From Candidatus Omnitrophota bacterium (GTDB lineage: Bacteria; Omnitrophota; Gorgyraeia; Zapsychrales; JANLHA01): a DNA stretch of 64,000 bases. The notes beneath the pieces were generated by a model that saw only the letters and a program-made list of their open reading frames with translations, was not told the DNA's origin and made no database searches. The stretch is from positions 19,793 to 83,792 of the forward strand of contig JACKFI010000005.1 in the NCBI GenBank assembly GCA_020632555.1, in the 5' to 3' direction. The stretch's first letter is position 1. Each line of letters opens with the position of its first letter. Shown piece by piece: positions 1 to 8,536 of the stretch. The position numbers and the translations under genes are program-made.

Positions 1-332
1 TTGATCAGCTTAAAATCACCAACCGGCTTTTCATCTTTGTCACGTTTATTATTATGATTTTCATCCAGCCACGTCTGATAAGCCATATCAATACGACCGT
101 CATGATCATCATCAACAATCATCCAATCGCGCATCGTGTTCTCATTCTGACTCTTGCCGATTTCATTTAATCCGGCATAACACACCCCTTTAATAAAGAA
201 TGGCTTGCCATCCTTAAACAACTGCCAGCCATTTTTTGACATAACGACTTTAACTTTGGCCGCCCAACAACATGGGACAAAACTCGCAATAAAACTTGCC
301 ATTATACAAATAATGAAAAAGTTTTTATTCAT
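1..332 (-). CDS. secreted protein, N-terminal fragment running off the window start; possibly glycoside-hydrolase-like
   Basis: Own minus-strand translation from ATG at 332: MNKNFFIICIMASFIASFVPCCWAAKVKVVMSKNGWQLFKDGKPFFIKGVCYAG... It has a signal-like N-terminus. It is absent from the ORF track because it is truncated by the window edge. Confidence 0.35.
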   Translation of the reverse strand, partial: MNKNFFIICIMASFIASFVPCCWAAKVKVVMSKNGWQLFKDGKPFFIKGVCYAGLNEIGKSQNENTMRDWMIVDDDHDGRIDMAYQTWLDENHNNKRDKDEKPVGDFKLI

Positions 333-456
333 ACCAATCCTCTTTAAAACAATGTAATTATTATGGACGATTGTGAATCGCAACCGGCCCGGAAACAACA
401 TATTGATTTTCGCCCAAACAAATCAGAAAAATCAACCACGATGACCAATCCTTTGC

Positions 457-1146
457 TTACGGAATTTCTAAAATCTTTTTAGCAAAAGGATAAATCGTCT
501 GCGCAAACAACCGCTGGCCTTCAGCGGAAGGATGCATGCCATCACCAGCGACCAAAGAGGAATCAAAACGCATTTGCTGTGAGACAGAATACACATCCAC
601 CAATGCAATCCCTTTTTGACGACAAACTTTGGCAATGATCTTATTAAATTTTGTAATGCCTTTGGCAATGTTCCGTCCCGGTGTAAAAACAGCCCCTTTG
701 GGCGTGGCCGAAAAATCCGGAATATTGACCACCAGAATTTTCTTTGCCGGCAATTCGGATAACATATCATCCAAAAGATCGGTAAAATTTGCACGAAATC
801 GCTCTGCTGTTGAATATTGCAGCCAATCATTGACGCCAATCATCAAGGTCGCAAAAGTTGGTTTAGCCTCGCGATAAACAGCAATCTCCCACTCTTGCGC
901 GTTCTGCGTTGTCCAACCATTACGGCTAGGATTAGCAACTAACTCAATCTTCAAACCATCTGCCTGCAACAGCCCCACCAAAACATTGGGCCACGCTTCT
1001 TGAGAACTAACACCGGTCCCAATCGAATAGGAATCCCCAAGCGCCACATAACGAATTTCTGCATTCGCGGCCACAGGAAAAATAAAAAATAAGAGAATGA
1101 TTAGCAAAAAACTCGAACCTACCCATTTGAAAGGCTTTTTATTCAT
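457..1146 (-). CDS. SGNH/GDSL-family hydrolase (esterase/lipase), secreted
   Basis: Signal peptide. SGNH blocks are present: VALGDSYSIG (block I Ser), GVNDW (block III) and DGMHPS (block V). Confidence 0.8.
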   Translation of the reverse strand: MNKKPFKWVGSSFLLIILLFFIFPVAANAEIRYVALGDSYSIGTGVSSQEAWPNVLVGLLQADGLKIELVANPSRNGWTTQNAQEWEIAVYREAKPTFATLMIGVNDWLQYSTAERFRANFTDLLDDMLSELPAKKILVVNIPDFSATPKGAVFTPGRNIAKGITKFNKIIAKVCRQKGIALVDVYSVSQQMRFDSSLVAGDGMHPSAEGQRLFAQTIYPFAKKILEIP

Positions 1147-1171
1147 AGACGTTCCATTTTAAAAGATTGTT

Positions 1172-2167
1172 TTAATTTTGTCCTGGTAAATTTTCTCTTT
1201 CCGGCAATATCATACGCTCGGCCAAAGTTTTGACAACCAACATTCGTCCCCGCAAACGCAAATGCTCATTAGGATAATACGGACCATCTCCATCTTCTGG
1301 CCAGCTAAAATCTTCACTGGGCAATGACCGCGATAAATCCCAGACTGGCACGTCCACCTCGTCCAAAGCAGAACGAATCACCTGGACATTTTCCTCGATA
1401 CGCAAAACGGAAGATACACCCAAATTTTTCTCAATGGTTTGCCAATCCACTGGCGTAATATAAAAAACCGGTTTAATCCCAGCAGATTTCAATAATTTAG
1501 CACTGCGTACCATCGACTGAACTTTACGATGTTGTTTTGACAAGGAATACATATAGCGAAACCGCAGTTTATTCTTCATCTTCTCTTGTGAATAAACTTG
1601 ATACGAAGCATTATCAAAATCTCTTACCTGACCAATAAGCTGAGAACCATCAAAAACATTGGTTTGTTCATAAGCAAAACGATTAATTCGCGGTTCAAAG
1701 ATTTTAAAAACCGCCAACGGCCGATAAAACTTCATCCAAAATGTATCTTTCATGGCCAGCGTCAATTTCTCTTTTTCAAATTGCCACAATGGCTGCTGAT
1801 CCCACTCCGGCGAAAAACACCGCAAATTGATCGGAATAATAACCACTTTAGGATGATAGCCCTTGCGAATCATATATTCAACATAGGCCTGATAGACATC
1901 CATCTGATACGACGCATGCGTAATTTTTGCAATACGCTCCGTTGGTAAAAGACGCTGCAATAACCCCGGCATACTCTCGCGATTGACATCACTATCAGGA
2001 GCCCAATTGATCGTGCTATCACCAAAATAAACAATATCCGCCTTGAGCTTCATAAAAACATCTAGGATTTTAATTTCATTGGGAATATCTTTAGAAACCG
2101 GCAGCATGATTTGCACCGAAAATATAAAGATTAAGAAGCAACCTAATTTTAAAAAGAAATTTTTCAT
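1172..2167 (-). CDS. AlgJ/PatB/DltD-like SGNH-type partner of the adjacent MBOAT (putative O-acyltransferase)
   Basis: N-terminal TM anchor and a 'YFGDSTI' GDS-type motif. It lies directly downstream of the MBOAT gene. The start is probably MKNFF at 2167, just after the MBOAT stop. Confidence 0.45.
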   Translation of the reverse strand: MKNFFLKLGCFLIFIFSVQIMLPVSKDIPNEIKILDVFMKLKADIVYFGDSTINWAPDSDVNRESMPGLLQRLLPTERIAKITHASYQMDVYQAYVEYMIRKGYHPKVVIIPINLRCFSPEWDQQPLWQFEKEKLTLAMKDTFWMKFYRPLAVFKIFEPRINRFAYEQTNVFDGSQLIGQVRDFDNASYQVYSQEKMKNKLRFRYMYSLSKQHRKVQSMVRSAKLLKSAGIKPVFYITPVDWQTIEKNLGVSSVLRIEENVQVIRSALDEVDVPVWDLSRSLPSEDFSWPEDGDGPYYPNEHLRLRGRMLVVKTLAERMILPERENLPGQN

Positions 2168-2168
2168 T

Positions 2169-3626
2169 TTAAAACTGAAAATAAATAAAAGGAATTGGGA
2201 CAGCAATCCCCCAATTCATAATTAATAAAGCTGCCCCCACATAAATCGCCCAACGCATAAACGCTGGCTTTTGGGCGAGAATCAGCTGGATACTGTCTTT
2301 TTCTTCAACGCAATTAACCCAAAGTAAGAAAATAACCAAAACAACTGATAATAGAAATTCTTTCAACGTTAAACCCAATGCCGCTGGCCCACTAACCCCA
2401 AAGTTTAAACCCTGACCCCAGCCAGAAAAAAGATGCCCAACAATATACCCCGCATCCGCAAGATGATTGGCACGAAAAAATATCCACGCGAAACAAACCA
2501 AAATAAAAGTAACGCCAATTTGCAATAATCGATAGCCGGCTGACAAACGCGAAAACCCTGTCAATTGAACAAACTTTTCCCGGGTTGAAGATGTTGCCCG
2601 CGAAAATAAATAATAAAAACCATGTAATGCCCCCCAAACCAAGAAAGTCCAATTTGCGCCATGCCACAATCCGCTGATAATAAATGTAATCAAAATATTC
2701 AACCGCCATTGCCACCGACTAACCCGATTCCCGCCCAAAGAAAAATACACATAATCCCGAAACCAAGTTGATAAAGAAATATGCCAGCGATGCCAAAAAT
2801 CCGCTATCGAAATTGCCAAATACGGTTGTTTAAAGTTCTTGACCAATTGAAAGCCCATCACCTGTGCGGCACCAATAGCAATATCCGAGTATCCAGAAAA
2901 ATCACAATAGATTTGAAAAGCGAAAAAAACCGTGGCTACAATCAAGCTCATCCCATTATATTCTGACGGATTGGCATAAACCTGATTGACCAAAATGGCC
3001 AAACGATCAGCAATCACCACCTTCTGAAAAAAACCCCACAGCATCAATTTCAATCCATTGCTGACACGCACAACATCAAAGCAATGTTTTTCAAAAAATT
3101 GCGGCATTAAATGTCTGGCGCGTTCAATCGGGCCAGCGACCAATTGCGGGAAAAACATAACGTACAAAGCATAAAACCCCAAATGTCTTTGGGCTTTTTG
3201 TGTGCCGCGATACACATCGATCACGTAGCCCAAACTTTGGAATGTGTGAAAAGATAAACCCAAAGGCAGGATCAATGACAAACTTTTAATCGAATATTGA
3301 TAACCAAAGTGATGAGCTAAAAATGCAGCTGACATATTAAAAAAATCAAAATATTTAAAAATAAAAAGAACCGTGCACGTCGAAACAATACTGGTCACGA
3401 CAATCATTTTGCGTTGCCACCCTTGGGTTTTCTCAATCAACAGCGCGGCTGTATAATCAATCATCACCAAAAGAAACATCACCAAAATATAAATGGGAAT
3501 AAACGCCATATAAAAGCAGCAGCTGGCCAGCAAAAGCCATGCCCACCGCCACTTGTGCGGCATCACGAAATAAATCGAAACCACGACGGGGAAAAACAAC
3601 AAGAACAAGAAAGAATTAAAAGTCAT
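2169..3626 (-). CDS. MBOAT-family membrane-bound O-acyltransferase (AlgI/PatA/DltB-like)
   Basis: Polytopic membrane protein. It has the MBOAT signatures 'HRWHISLSTWFRDYVYFSLGGNR' and 'LWHGANWTF'. Confidence 0.85.
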   Translation of the reverse strand: MTFNSFLFLLFFPVVVSIYFVMPHKWRWAWLLLASCCFYMAFIPIYILVMFLLVMIDYTAALLIEKTQGWQRKMIVVTSIVSTCTVLFIFKYFDFFNMSAAFLAHHFGYQYSIKSLSLILPLGLSFHTFQSLGYVIDVYRGTQKAQRHLGFYALYVMFFPQLVAGPIERARHLMPQFFEKHCFDVVRVSNGLKLMLWGFFQKVVIADRLAILVNQVYANPSEYNGMSLIVATVFFAFQIYCDFSGYSDIAIGAAQVMGFQLVKNFKQPYLAISIADFWHRWHISLSTWFRDYVYFSLGGNRVSRWQWRLNILITFIISGLWHGANWTFLVWGALHGFYYLFSRATSSTREKFVQLTGFSRLSAGYRLLQIGVTFILVCFAWIFFRANHLADAGYIVGHLFSGWGQGLNFGVSGPAALGLTLKEFLLSVVLVIFLLWVNCVEEKDSIQLILAQKPAFMRWAIYVGAALLIMNWGIAVPIPFIYFQF

Positions 3627-3657
3627 GCCACCCTAAAAACATCTGTATAAAACCCAG

Positions 3658-4230
3658 CTATTGTTTAACCTTCCATTCATATAAGCCAGTCGAATTATTT
3701 AAGACCTCAATCGGCGTGCCAGCAGGAGCATCAGACTGCAAACGCTGCGCGTATAACTGCTGAACGGCTTCAACAGAAGTGCCATTCTTTTGAGCCACCG
3801 CCTGATAAATCATCATCCGGTCACGATTCTCAGCATCAACCAAATCTTTCGAAGAAATATCTGCCGTCCGGATCTCCAGCAAACCCAATTTATTTTCACC
3901 AATACCGCCCTTAACCTGCAAAGCCACCAATTGCGTATAGCGATCTTTGCGTCGGAAAGCTGCTGCTTCAATATCAGGGCTTAAACCTTGCGCCGCATAA
4001 GCTTCCGCCACAAAAATATTCAAGAAATTGCGAGACCCTTGCCCTTTTGTATTTTCTGATGACCCGGTGACAATGCTTTCAATATCATCAATGTCATTCT
4101 TAATATGCTGATAAATATCCAAGCGCATGGAGATATCTACCTTAATCGGATCCTTCGGGGCCTGCACACTCACCCGAGCACATCCTAAAATTAACACCAA
4201 TGCCACAATAATTGTTAGTCCTGTTTTCAT
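3658..4230 (-). CDS. YnbE-like lipoprotein fused to a YdbL-like (DUF1318) domain
   Basis: Lipobox LILGC followed by 'ARVSVQAPKDPIKVDISMRLDIYQHI', which resembles YnbE (GCxP.v.v.aPkePI). The C-terminal half, 'GGIGENKLGLLEIR...AENRDRMMIYQAVAQKNGTSVEAVQQLYAQRL...YEWKVK', matches the YdbL/DUF1318 pattern. Confidence 0.65.
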   Translation of the reverse strand: MKTGLTIIVALVLILGCARVSVQAPKDPIKVDISMRLDIYQHIKNDIDDIESIVTGSSENTKGQGSRNFLNIFVAEAYAAQGLSPDIEAAAFRRKDRYTQLVALQVKGGIGENKLGLLEIRTADISSKDLVDAENRDRMMIYQAVAQKNGTSVEAVQQLYAQRLQSDAPAGTPIEVLNNSTGLYEWKVKQ

Positions 4231-4248
4231 AAACCATCCTTTGATAGA

Positions 4249-5361
4249 CTATTGATGAAGTATAATATTAAAATCTCTCTTGCCTTGTTCCCCATCCAAA
4301 TGAACATCAACTGCTAAACCCTGGTCCTGCAAAGACAATTTAGCAGACCCGGTATGATAATAATAATCTTGCACACTTTCAACCAAGCCATCGACAGATG
4401 TCCGATAAGGAATATGGTCAAAGAAACTGACATCCTTGATCATCAACCGCCCTCCAGCATTATCAACCATAAAATCACCATCTAAAATCTCGAGTTTAAC
4501 ACCTTGCCCTTGCAATTGAATATTTCCCTTAGCCTTGCCAATCATCATAAATTTATTATTCAACTCAAAACTCTCAACAAAACGACTAATATCTAAACCC
4601 CTAAATTGTAAACGCGCCTGATACGCCGGGACAACTGTCATACTGATAACAGCATCTCCACTGATGTTCCCGTCAAAAATATTGGCGGACACATCATCAA
4701 GAATCAAACTTTTATTCTCCAAACGGACCAAACTATTGATCTCTGTTACCGCAACTTTATCGTACAAAATCTTAACAGCAGTAAATTCCCCCCGGTTATT
4801 GCTGCGCGTTGCCCACAACAAAACATTTTCAAGATTCAATGCTTGATACTTCAAAGAACTAATATTCAGGTGCAAAGAATTAACTGTCTGCTGTATTAAA
4901 TCCACATCGGTCGAAAACTTACCAACAACTTGCAAGTCCTTAAACCGCACATTCAAGTCGCAATCCAAACATTCGATTCCCGAAAACATAACATTGGAGG
5001 GCTCTTGAGAGATATACATCTGCAGATAACTCACAAAATTCTGATTCGGGCGCTTAATACTGAGCGCCGCTGACTGCACGACGGCTTTAAATCTCTTAGC
5101 TTTTACTCGATCAAAAAAATCAAGGCGCAGCTGAATCTTTTGCGCCTTCAAAGAAAATAATTCTTTTTTCTCAACTTTAACACCCCGCAAACATATCTCA
5201 TTAAAACGTTTAAATTCAATATTCTCGATACCAACCACATCCAAAGAAAATCGCTTTTTTAGCACTTTCTGTGTCAAAAAAAGAACGGCCGGCTTAAAAG
5301 ACATCATCACTCCAGCCGCAAGAATAACACTTATAATGAAAAAGTAAATTCGACGCTTCAT
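4249..5361 (-). CDS. short YdbH-like (AsmA-like, DctA-YdbH domain) membrane-anchored protein
   Basis: N-terminal TM helix. Repetitive beta-rich sequence with 'IFDGNISGDAVISM...LQFRGLDISRFV...GKAKGNIQLQGQG', as in the YdbH C-terminal domain. It is syntenic with YnbE/YdbL as in the E. coli ydbH-ynbE-ydbL operon. Confidence 0.5.
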   Translation of the reverse strand: MKRRIYFFIISVILAAGVMMSFKPAVLFLTQKVLKKRFSLDVVGIENIEFKRFNEICLRGVKVEKKELFSLKAQKIQLRLDFFDRVKAKRFKAVVQSAALSIKRPNQNFVSYLQMYISQEPSNVMFSGIECLDCDLNVRFKDLQVVGKFSTDVDLIQQTVNSLHLNISSLKYQALNLENVLLWATRSNNRGEFTAVKILYDKVAVTEINSLVRLENKSLILDDVSANIFDGNISGDAVISMTVVPAYQARLQFRGLDISRFVESFELNNKFMMIGKAKGNIQLQGQGVKLEILDGDFMVDNAGGRLMIKDVSFFDHIPYRTSVDGLVESVQDYYYHTGSAKLSLQDQGLAVDVHLDGEQGKRDFNIILHQ

Positions 5362-5430
5362 AATATAAATTAAAAATTGACCTTACAATTTTTCTATTAT
5401 AAGCCCACAATGAAACTTTAGAAAAGGAAA

Positions 5431-6699
5431 TTACTTTTTAAAAATACTAAAGAAGGAATGATTAAATCGCGGCTCGATGCCCGGGTAGCATTGCTTAAAA
5501 TACTTTTGACCTGCAGAAGGAATATTTTGCCAGAGAGATTGCTCCTCACAAAGAAATTGACGAACAATATCAACATTCATTTTTAATCCACCATGCATAA
5601 CATCCACCGGTGTCGGTTCAGAGAAAAAGAAACTTTTTAAGCATTTGGAACAATTTTCTTCCGCCGCTATCATGTCCATGTGCAAAGGTAATGCAGGATT
5701 TCCGCGGGCACCCGGATAACTCTTAGCTGAGCCCATAGCCTTAAACATCAAATATTTGTATAACGTCTCATGCTTTGGATGCACGCCAATAATCAGGTCG
5801 GTAACACCAACACTACGAGCATATTCATACATAATTTTGAATAAACGAAAAAGACGCACTTGTTTATCAAGATTTGTTAATGAAAACAGCTTCTTTTTCT
5901 TTTGATCTGGAACAACTGCCAACAAACTCACCTCTGCGAGTTTTCGACCATGACCTCGCAAATGATTGAGTTCATTTTTAAACAAACTGTCCATCGGCAA
6001 ACCACAAGGAGAATCAACAACAACAGAAATAGTCCCAATCAATTGTCCCTTATCTTTCAAAGCAAAAGTCCGCGACTGCGGCAAAAGTGAATAATAATGA
6101 TAATGCATTTGACTCTCATTTGCGGAACAATATTTACGGGCGACATAACCGTTATAAACAATTCGATAACATGCCTTAAGTTCTTCTAGGGATTGAGCTG
6201 GAGCAGCAGTGATACCACGAGTCAATTGTAAACCAATTTTACAAAGTTTATTTGCAATCAAATAAACTAACTTTTCTTTATGCTGAACATTGCGCATACT
6301 TTTAAATGCAACGCCACATTCAACCGTGGTGCGATCTACCGTGTCTCCAGTAGCCGGTTTGACCCAAACGACGACACCTTTAATATCGATAGGACGAGGC
6401 GCATCTGGTAATTTCATCCGCAAATTGATTTCAGTTCCCGGAATCACACCCGGAGGCAAAGCCAAACGAATACCAGTTCCAGAATGATCTACGCTTCGAC
6501 CTAACAACCATTTAGACCAATTGCTTGTCAACCGATACCACACCGGCACACTGATTTCAACACGAGTTGATTGGCGCTGCTCATCAAAAACAGCCTGAGA
6601 AAATCCACCACGAAGATTTTCAATATTGTCTTCCAAAACACCCATGCCACTGGATCGGCTAAATGAAATATAACTCAAGAATTTTTGCAGAATTTTCAT
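5431..6699 (-). CDS. PilZ domain fused to an N-acyl amino acid synthase-like (FeeM/GNAT-like) domain, paralog 1
   Basis: PilZ motifs RQSTR (RxxxR) and DHSGTG (DxSxxG). The C-terminus, 'LAEVSLLAV...LFRLFKIMYEYARSVGVTDLIIGVHPKHETLYKYLMFKAMG..YPGARGNPALPLHMDM', resembles FeeM / PEP-CTERM-associated acyltransferases. Confidence 0.6.
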   Translation of the reverse strand: MKILQKFLSYISFSRSSGMGVLEDNIENLRGGFSQAVFDEQRQSTRVEISVPVWYRLTSNWSKWLLGRSVDHSGTGIRLALPPGVIPGTEINLRMKLPDAPRPIDIKGVVVWVKPATGDTVDRTTVECGVAFKSMRNVQHKEKLVYLIANKLCKIGLQLTRGITAAPAQSLEELKACYRIVYNGYVARKYCSANESQMHYHYYSLLPQSRTFALKDKGQLIGTISVVVDSPCGLPMDSLFKNELNHLRGHGRKLAEVSLLAVVPDQKKKKLFSLTNLDKQVRLFRLFKIMYEYARSVGVTDLIIGVHPKHETLYKYLMFKAMGSAKSYPGARGNPALPLHMDMIAAEENCSKCLKSFFFSEPTPVDVMHGGLKMNVDIVRQFLCEEQSLWQNIPSAGQKYFKQCYPGIEPRFNHSFFSIFKK

Positions 6700-6777
6700 G
6701 TATTACCCTATCAAAATTAAAAGTCCCATTCTTTAGCGTGCCATCACGTAAAAAATAGGACTTTAAGATCTCTCGAC

Positions 6778-6862
6778 CTTTGGCAACTGGCTGCCCTTTG
6801 CTGTGCATGAGGGCCCTATAGCTTTGTGTCCCATCCTTACGAATGGTTTACCTTTTTCCGAC
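6778..6862 (-). promoter_or_regulatory. c-di-GMP-I (GEMM-I)-like riboswitch aptamer, copy 1
   Basis: The minus strand reads AAAAAGGTAAACCATTCGTAAGGATGGGACACAAAGCTATAGGGCCCTCATGCACAGCAAAGGGCAGCCAGTTGCC. It has a GNRA-capped stem, the CAAAGC junction and a 3' GGCA..TGCC helix as in the Vc2 aptamer. It is about 80 nt upstream of the 5431..6699 start. Confidence 0.65.
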
Positions 6863-7011
6863 CGAACACTACGTTACAAAGTATAAACTGCCCCAGCTAA
6901 CAGCACAAGAGCAACACACCCAAAGTATTATTTTGTAAGTCCATGAACTACAACATATTAAAGCTAAGAAAACATAAATTTATCCATTAAAGAAACAAAA
7001 TCGGCAATTTC

Positions 7012-8286
7012 TCACCTTAAAACCCGTTTTCGAAGTTCCCACGAAGCCAAATCACCCGCAGAATAACACTGCTTAAAATATTCTCGCGCCTCAAGAGGCA
7101 TGGTTGACCAAAGCATCTGTTCTTCACAAAGAAATCGGCGAACAATTTCTTTACGCATAACTAACCCACTACTAATTATTTGCAGAGAAGGCCTTTCACT
7201 TATAAAAAAATCCTTCAAAGAATTCGAACATTCTCGCTCACCTTTTACAATATCCAAATGCATCGGTAAGGCTGGATTGCCACGAGCTTCCGGATAACTT
7301 TTGGGTGATCCCAGCGTATTAAACATCAAATATTTGTAAAGCGTTTCATGTTTAGGATGCACGCCAATAACCAAATCGGTAACCCCCGCAATATGCCGCG
7401 CGTATTCATAAACGATTTTAAAAAGCCTAAAAAGCTGAAGCTGTTTTTCAAAATTTGTCAGCGAAAACCTCTTTTTCTTCCGATCATGATGCACCATTGA
7501 CAACAAACTCACTTCCGCTAATTTGCGACCTTCACCACGAAGCCGCTGAATCTCGCGAGGGAAAAGATTGTCCATCGGCAAACCGCATGGCGAATCAACA
7601 ATGACAGAAATTGTCCCCAGCAATTTTTCCTTATCTTTCAAAACAAAAGCACGAGATTCTGGCAAAAAAGAAAAATAGTGATAATACATTTGACTAGGAT
7701 TAGGCGAACAATATCCTCTGGCTAAATAACCTTGATAAACAGTGTGATAACACGCTTTCAGGTCCAATAAAGTCTGTACTGGCGCCGCTGTTAAATGCTG
7801 CGTTGATTTCAAACCCAAATGGCAAAGTTTATTAGCAATCAAATAAACAAGCTTTTGCCGATGGGTATCTTTTTGAATGGTATCAAAAACAACACCACAT
7901 TCGACAACTCTGTGCTGAGCATGCCGATGGGACGTTTGTGCCACCCAAACAACAACGCCCTTCATATTAATCGGATGATCAACTTCCGGCAATTTGATAT
8001 TCATTTCAATGTCCGTGCCTGGGCGCAACGCAGAAAGCAAAACCAGCCGAATTCCACTGCTGGAATAATCTTGGCTGGTCGTAAAATACCATTTCGCCAA
8101 TGGCCCTTTAACACGATAAGCCACAGGAATGCTTAAAGATAAACGCGTCGCCTGACGCATTTCCACAGAGTCCTTAGAAACTGGTTTTAATGCTTCATTC
8201 TTACAATGCTGTTCCAAAACTTGCGCACTTTCAACATGCTTACCATTAATAAAAAACAGGATAAGGCTTCCAATTGATTTAATCAT
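7012..8286 (-). CDS. PilZ domain fused to an N-acyl amino acid synthase-like (FeeM/GNAT-like) domain, paralog 2
   Basis: PilZ motifs RQATR and DYSSSG. The C-terminal domain is collinear with paralog 1, with long identical peptide runs such as GTISV.VDSPCGLPMD and VTDL.IGVHPKHETLYKYLMF. Confidence 0.6.
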   Translation of the reverse strand: MIKSIGSLILFFINGKHVESAQVLEQHCKNEALKPVSKDSVEMRQATRLSLSIPVAYRVKGPLAKWYFTTSQDYSSSGIRLVLLSALRPGTDIEMNIKLPEVDHPINMKGVVVWVAQTSHRHAQHRVVECGVVFDTIQKDTHRQKLVYLIANKLCHLGLKSTQHLTAAPVQTLLDLKACYHTVYQGYLARGYCSPNPSQMYYHYFSFLPESRAFVLKDKEKLLGTISVIVDSPCGLPMDNLFPREIQRLRGEGRKLAEVSLLSMVHHDRKKKRFSLTNFEKQLQLFRLFKIVYEYARHIAGVTDLVIGVHPKHETLYKYLMFNTLGSPKSYPEARGNPALPMHLDIVKGERECSNSLKDFFISERPSLQIISSGLVMRKEIVRRFLCEEQMLWSTMPLEAREYFKQCYSAGDLASWELRKRVLR

Positions 8287-8302
8287 AGCAACACTCCAAA
8301 AT

Positions 8303-8342
8303 AAAAAAACCTATCCTTTAAATTACACACAAAAGATAGGCC
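8303..8342 (-). terminator. intrinsic-terminator-like hairpin between riboswitch copy 2 and its gene (candidate expression platform)
   Basis: The minus strand reads GGCCTATCTTTTGTGTGTAATTTAAAGGATAGGTTTTTTTATTTT. This is a CCTATC/GATAGG stem followed by a T7 run, then the RBS GGAG and the ATG. Confidence 0.5.
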
Positions 8343-8356
8343 CACAGAACATTACT

Positions 8357-8437
8357 TTTCGGCAACTGGCTGCCCCTGCTGTGCATACGGGCCCTATAGC
8401 TTTGTGTCCCACCCTTACGAATGGTTTACCTTTTCTC
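8357..8437 (-). promoter_or_regulatory. c-di-GMP-I (GEMM-I)-like riboswitch aptamer, copy 2
   Basis: The minus strand reads GAAAAGGTAAACCATTCGTAAGGGTGGGACACAAAGCTATAGGGCCCGTATGCACAGCAGGGGCAGCCAGTTGCCGAAAAG. It is nearly identical to copy 1, while the flanking DNA differs. Confidence 0.7.
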
Positions 8438-8536
8438 TATGTTTATTATTTCATTACTCTGAGAGTGTAAAACACCAATGATGAATCGGCAAGAGCAAAG
8501 CTGAAGAATTATTTAAATTAGCAGCAAGAAAAAAAC

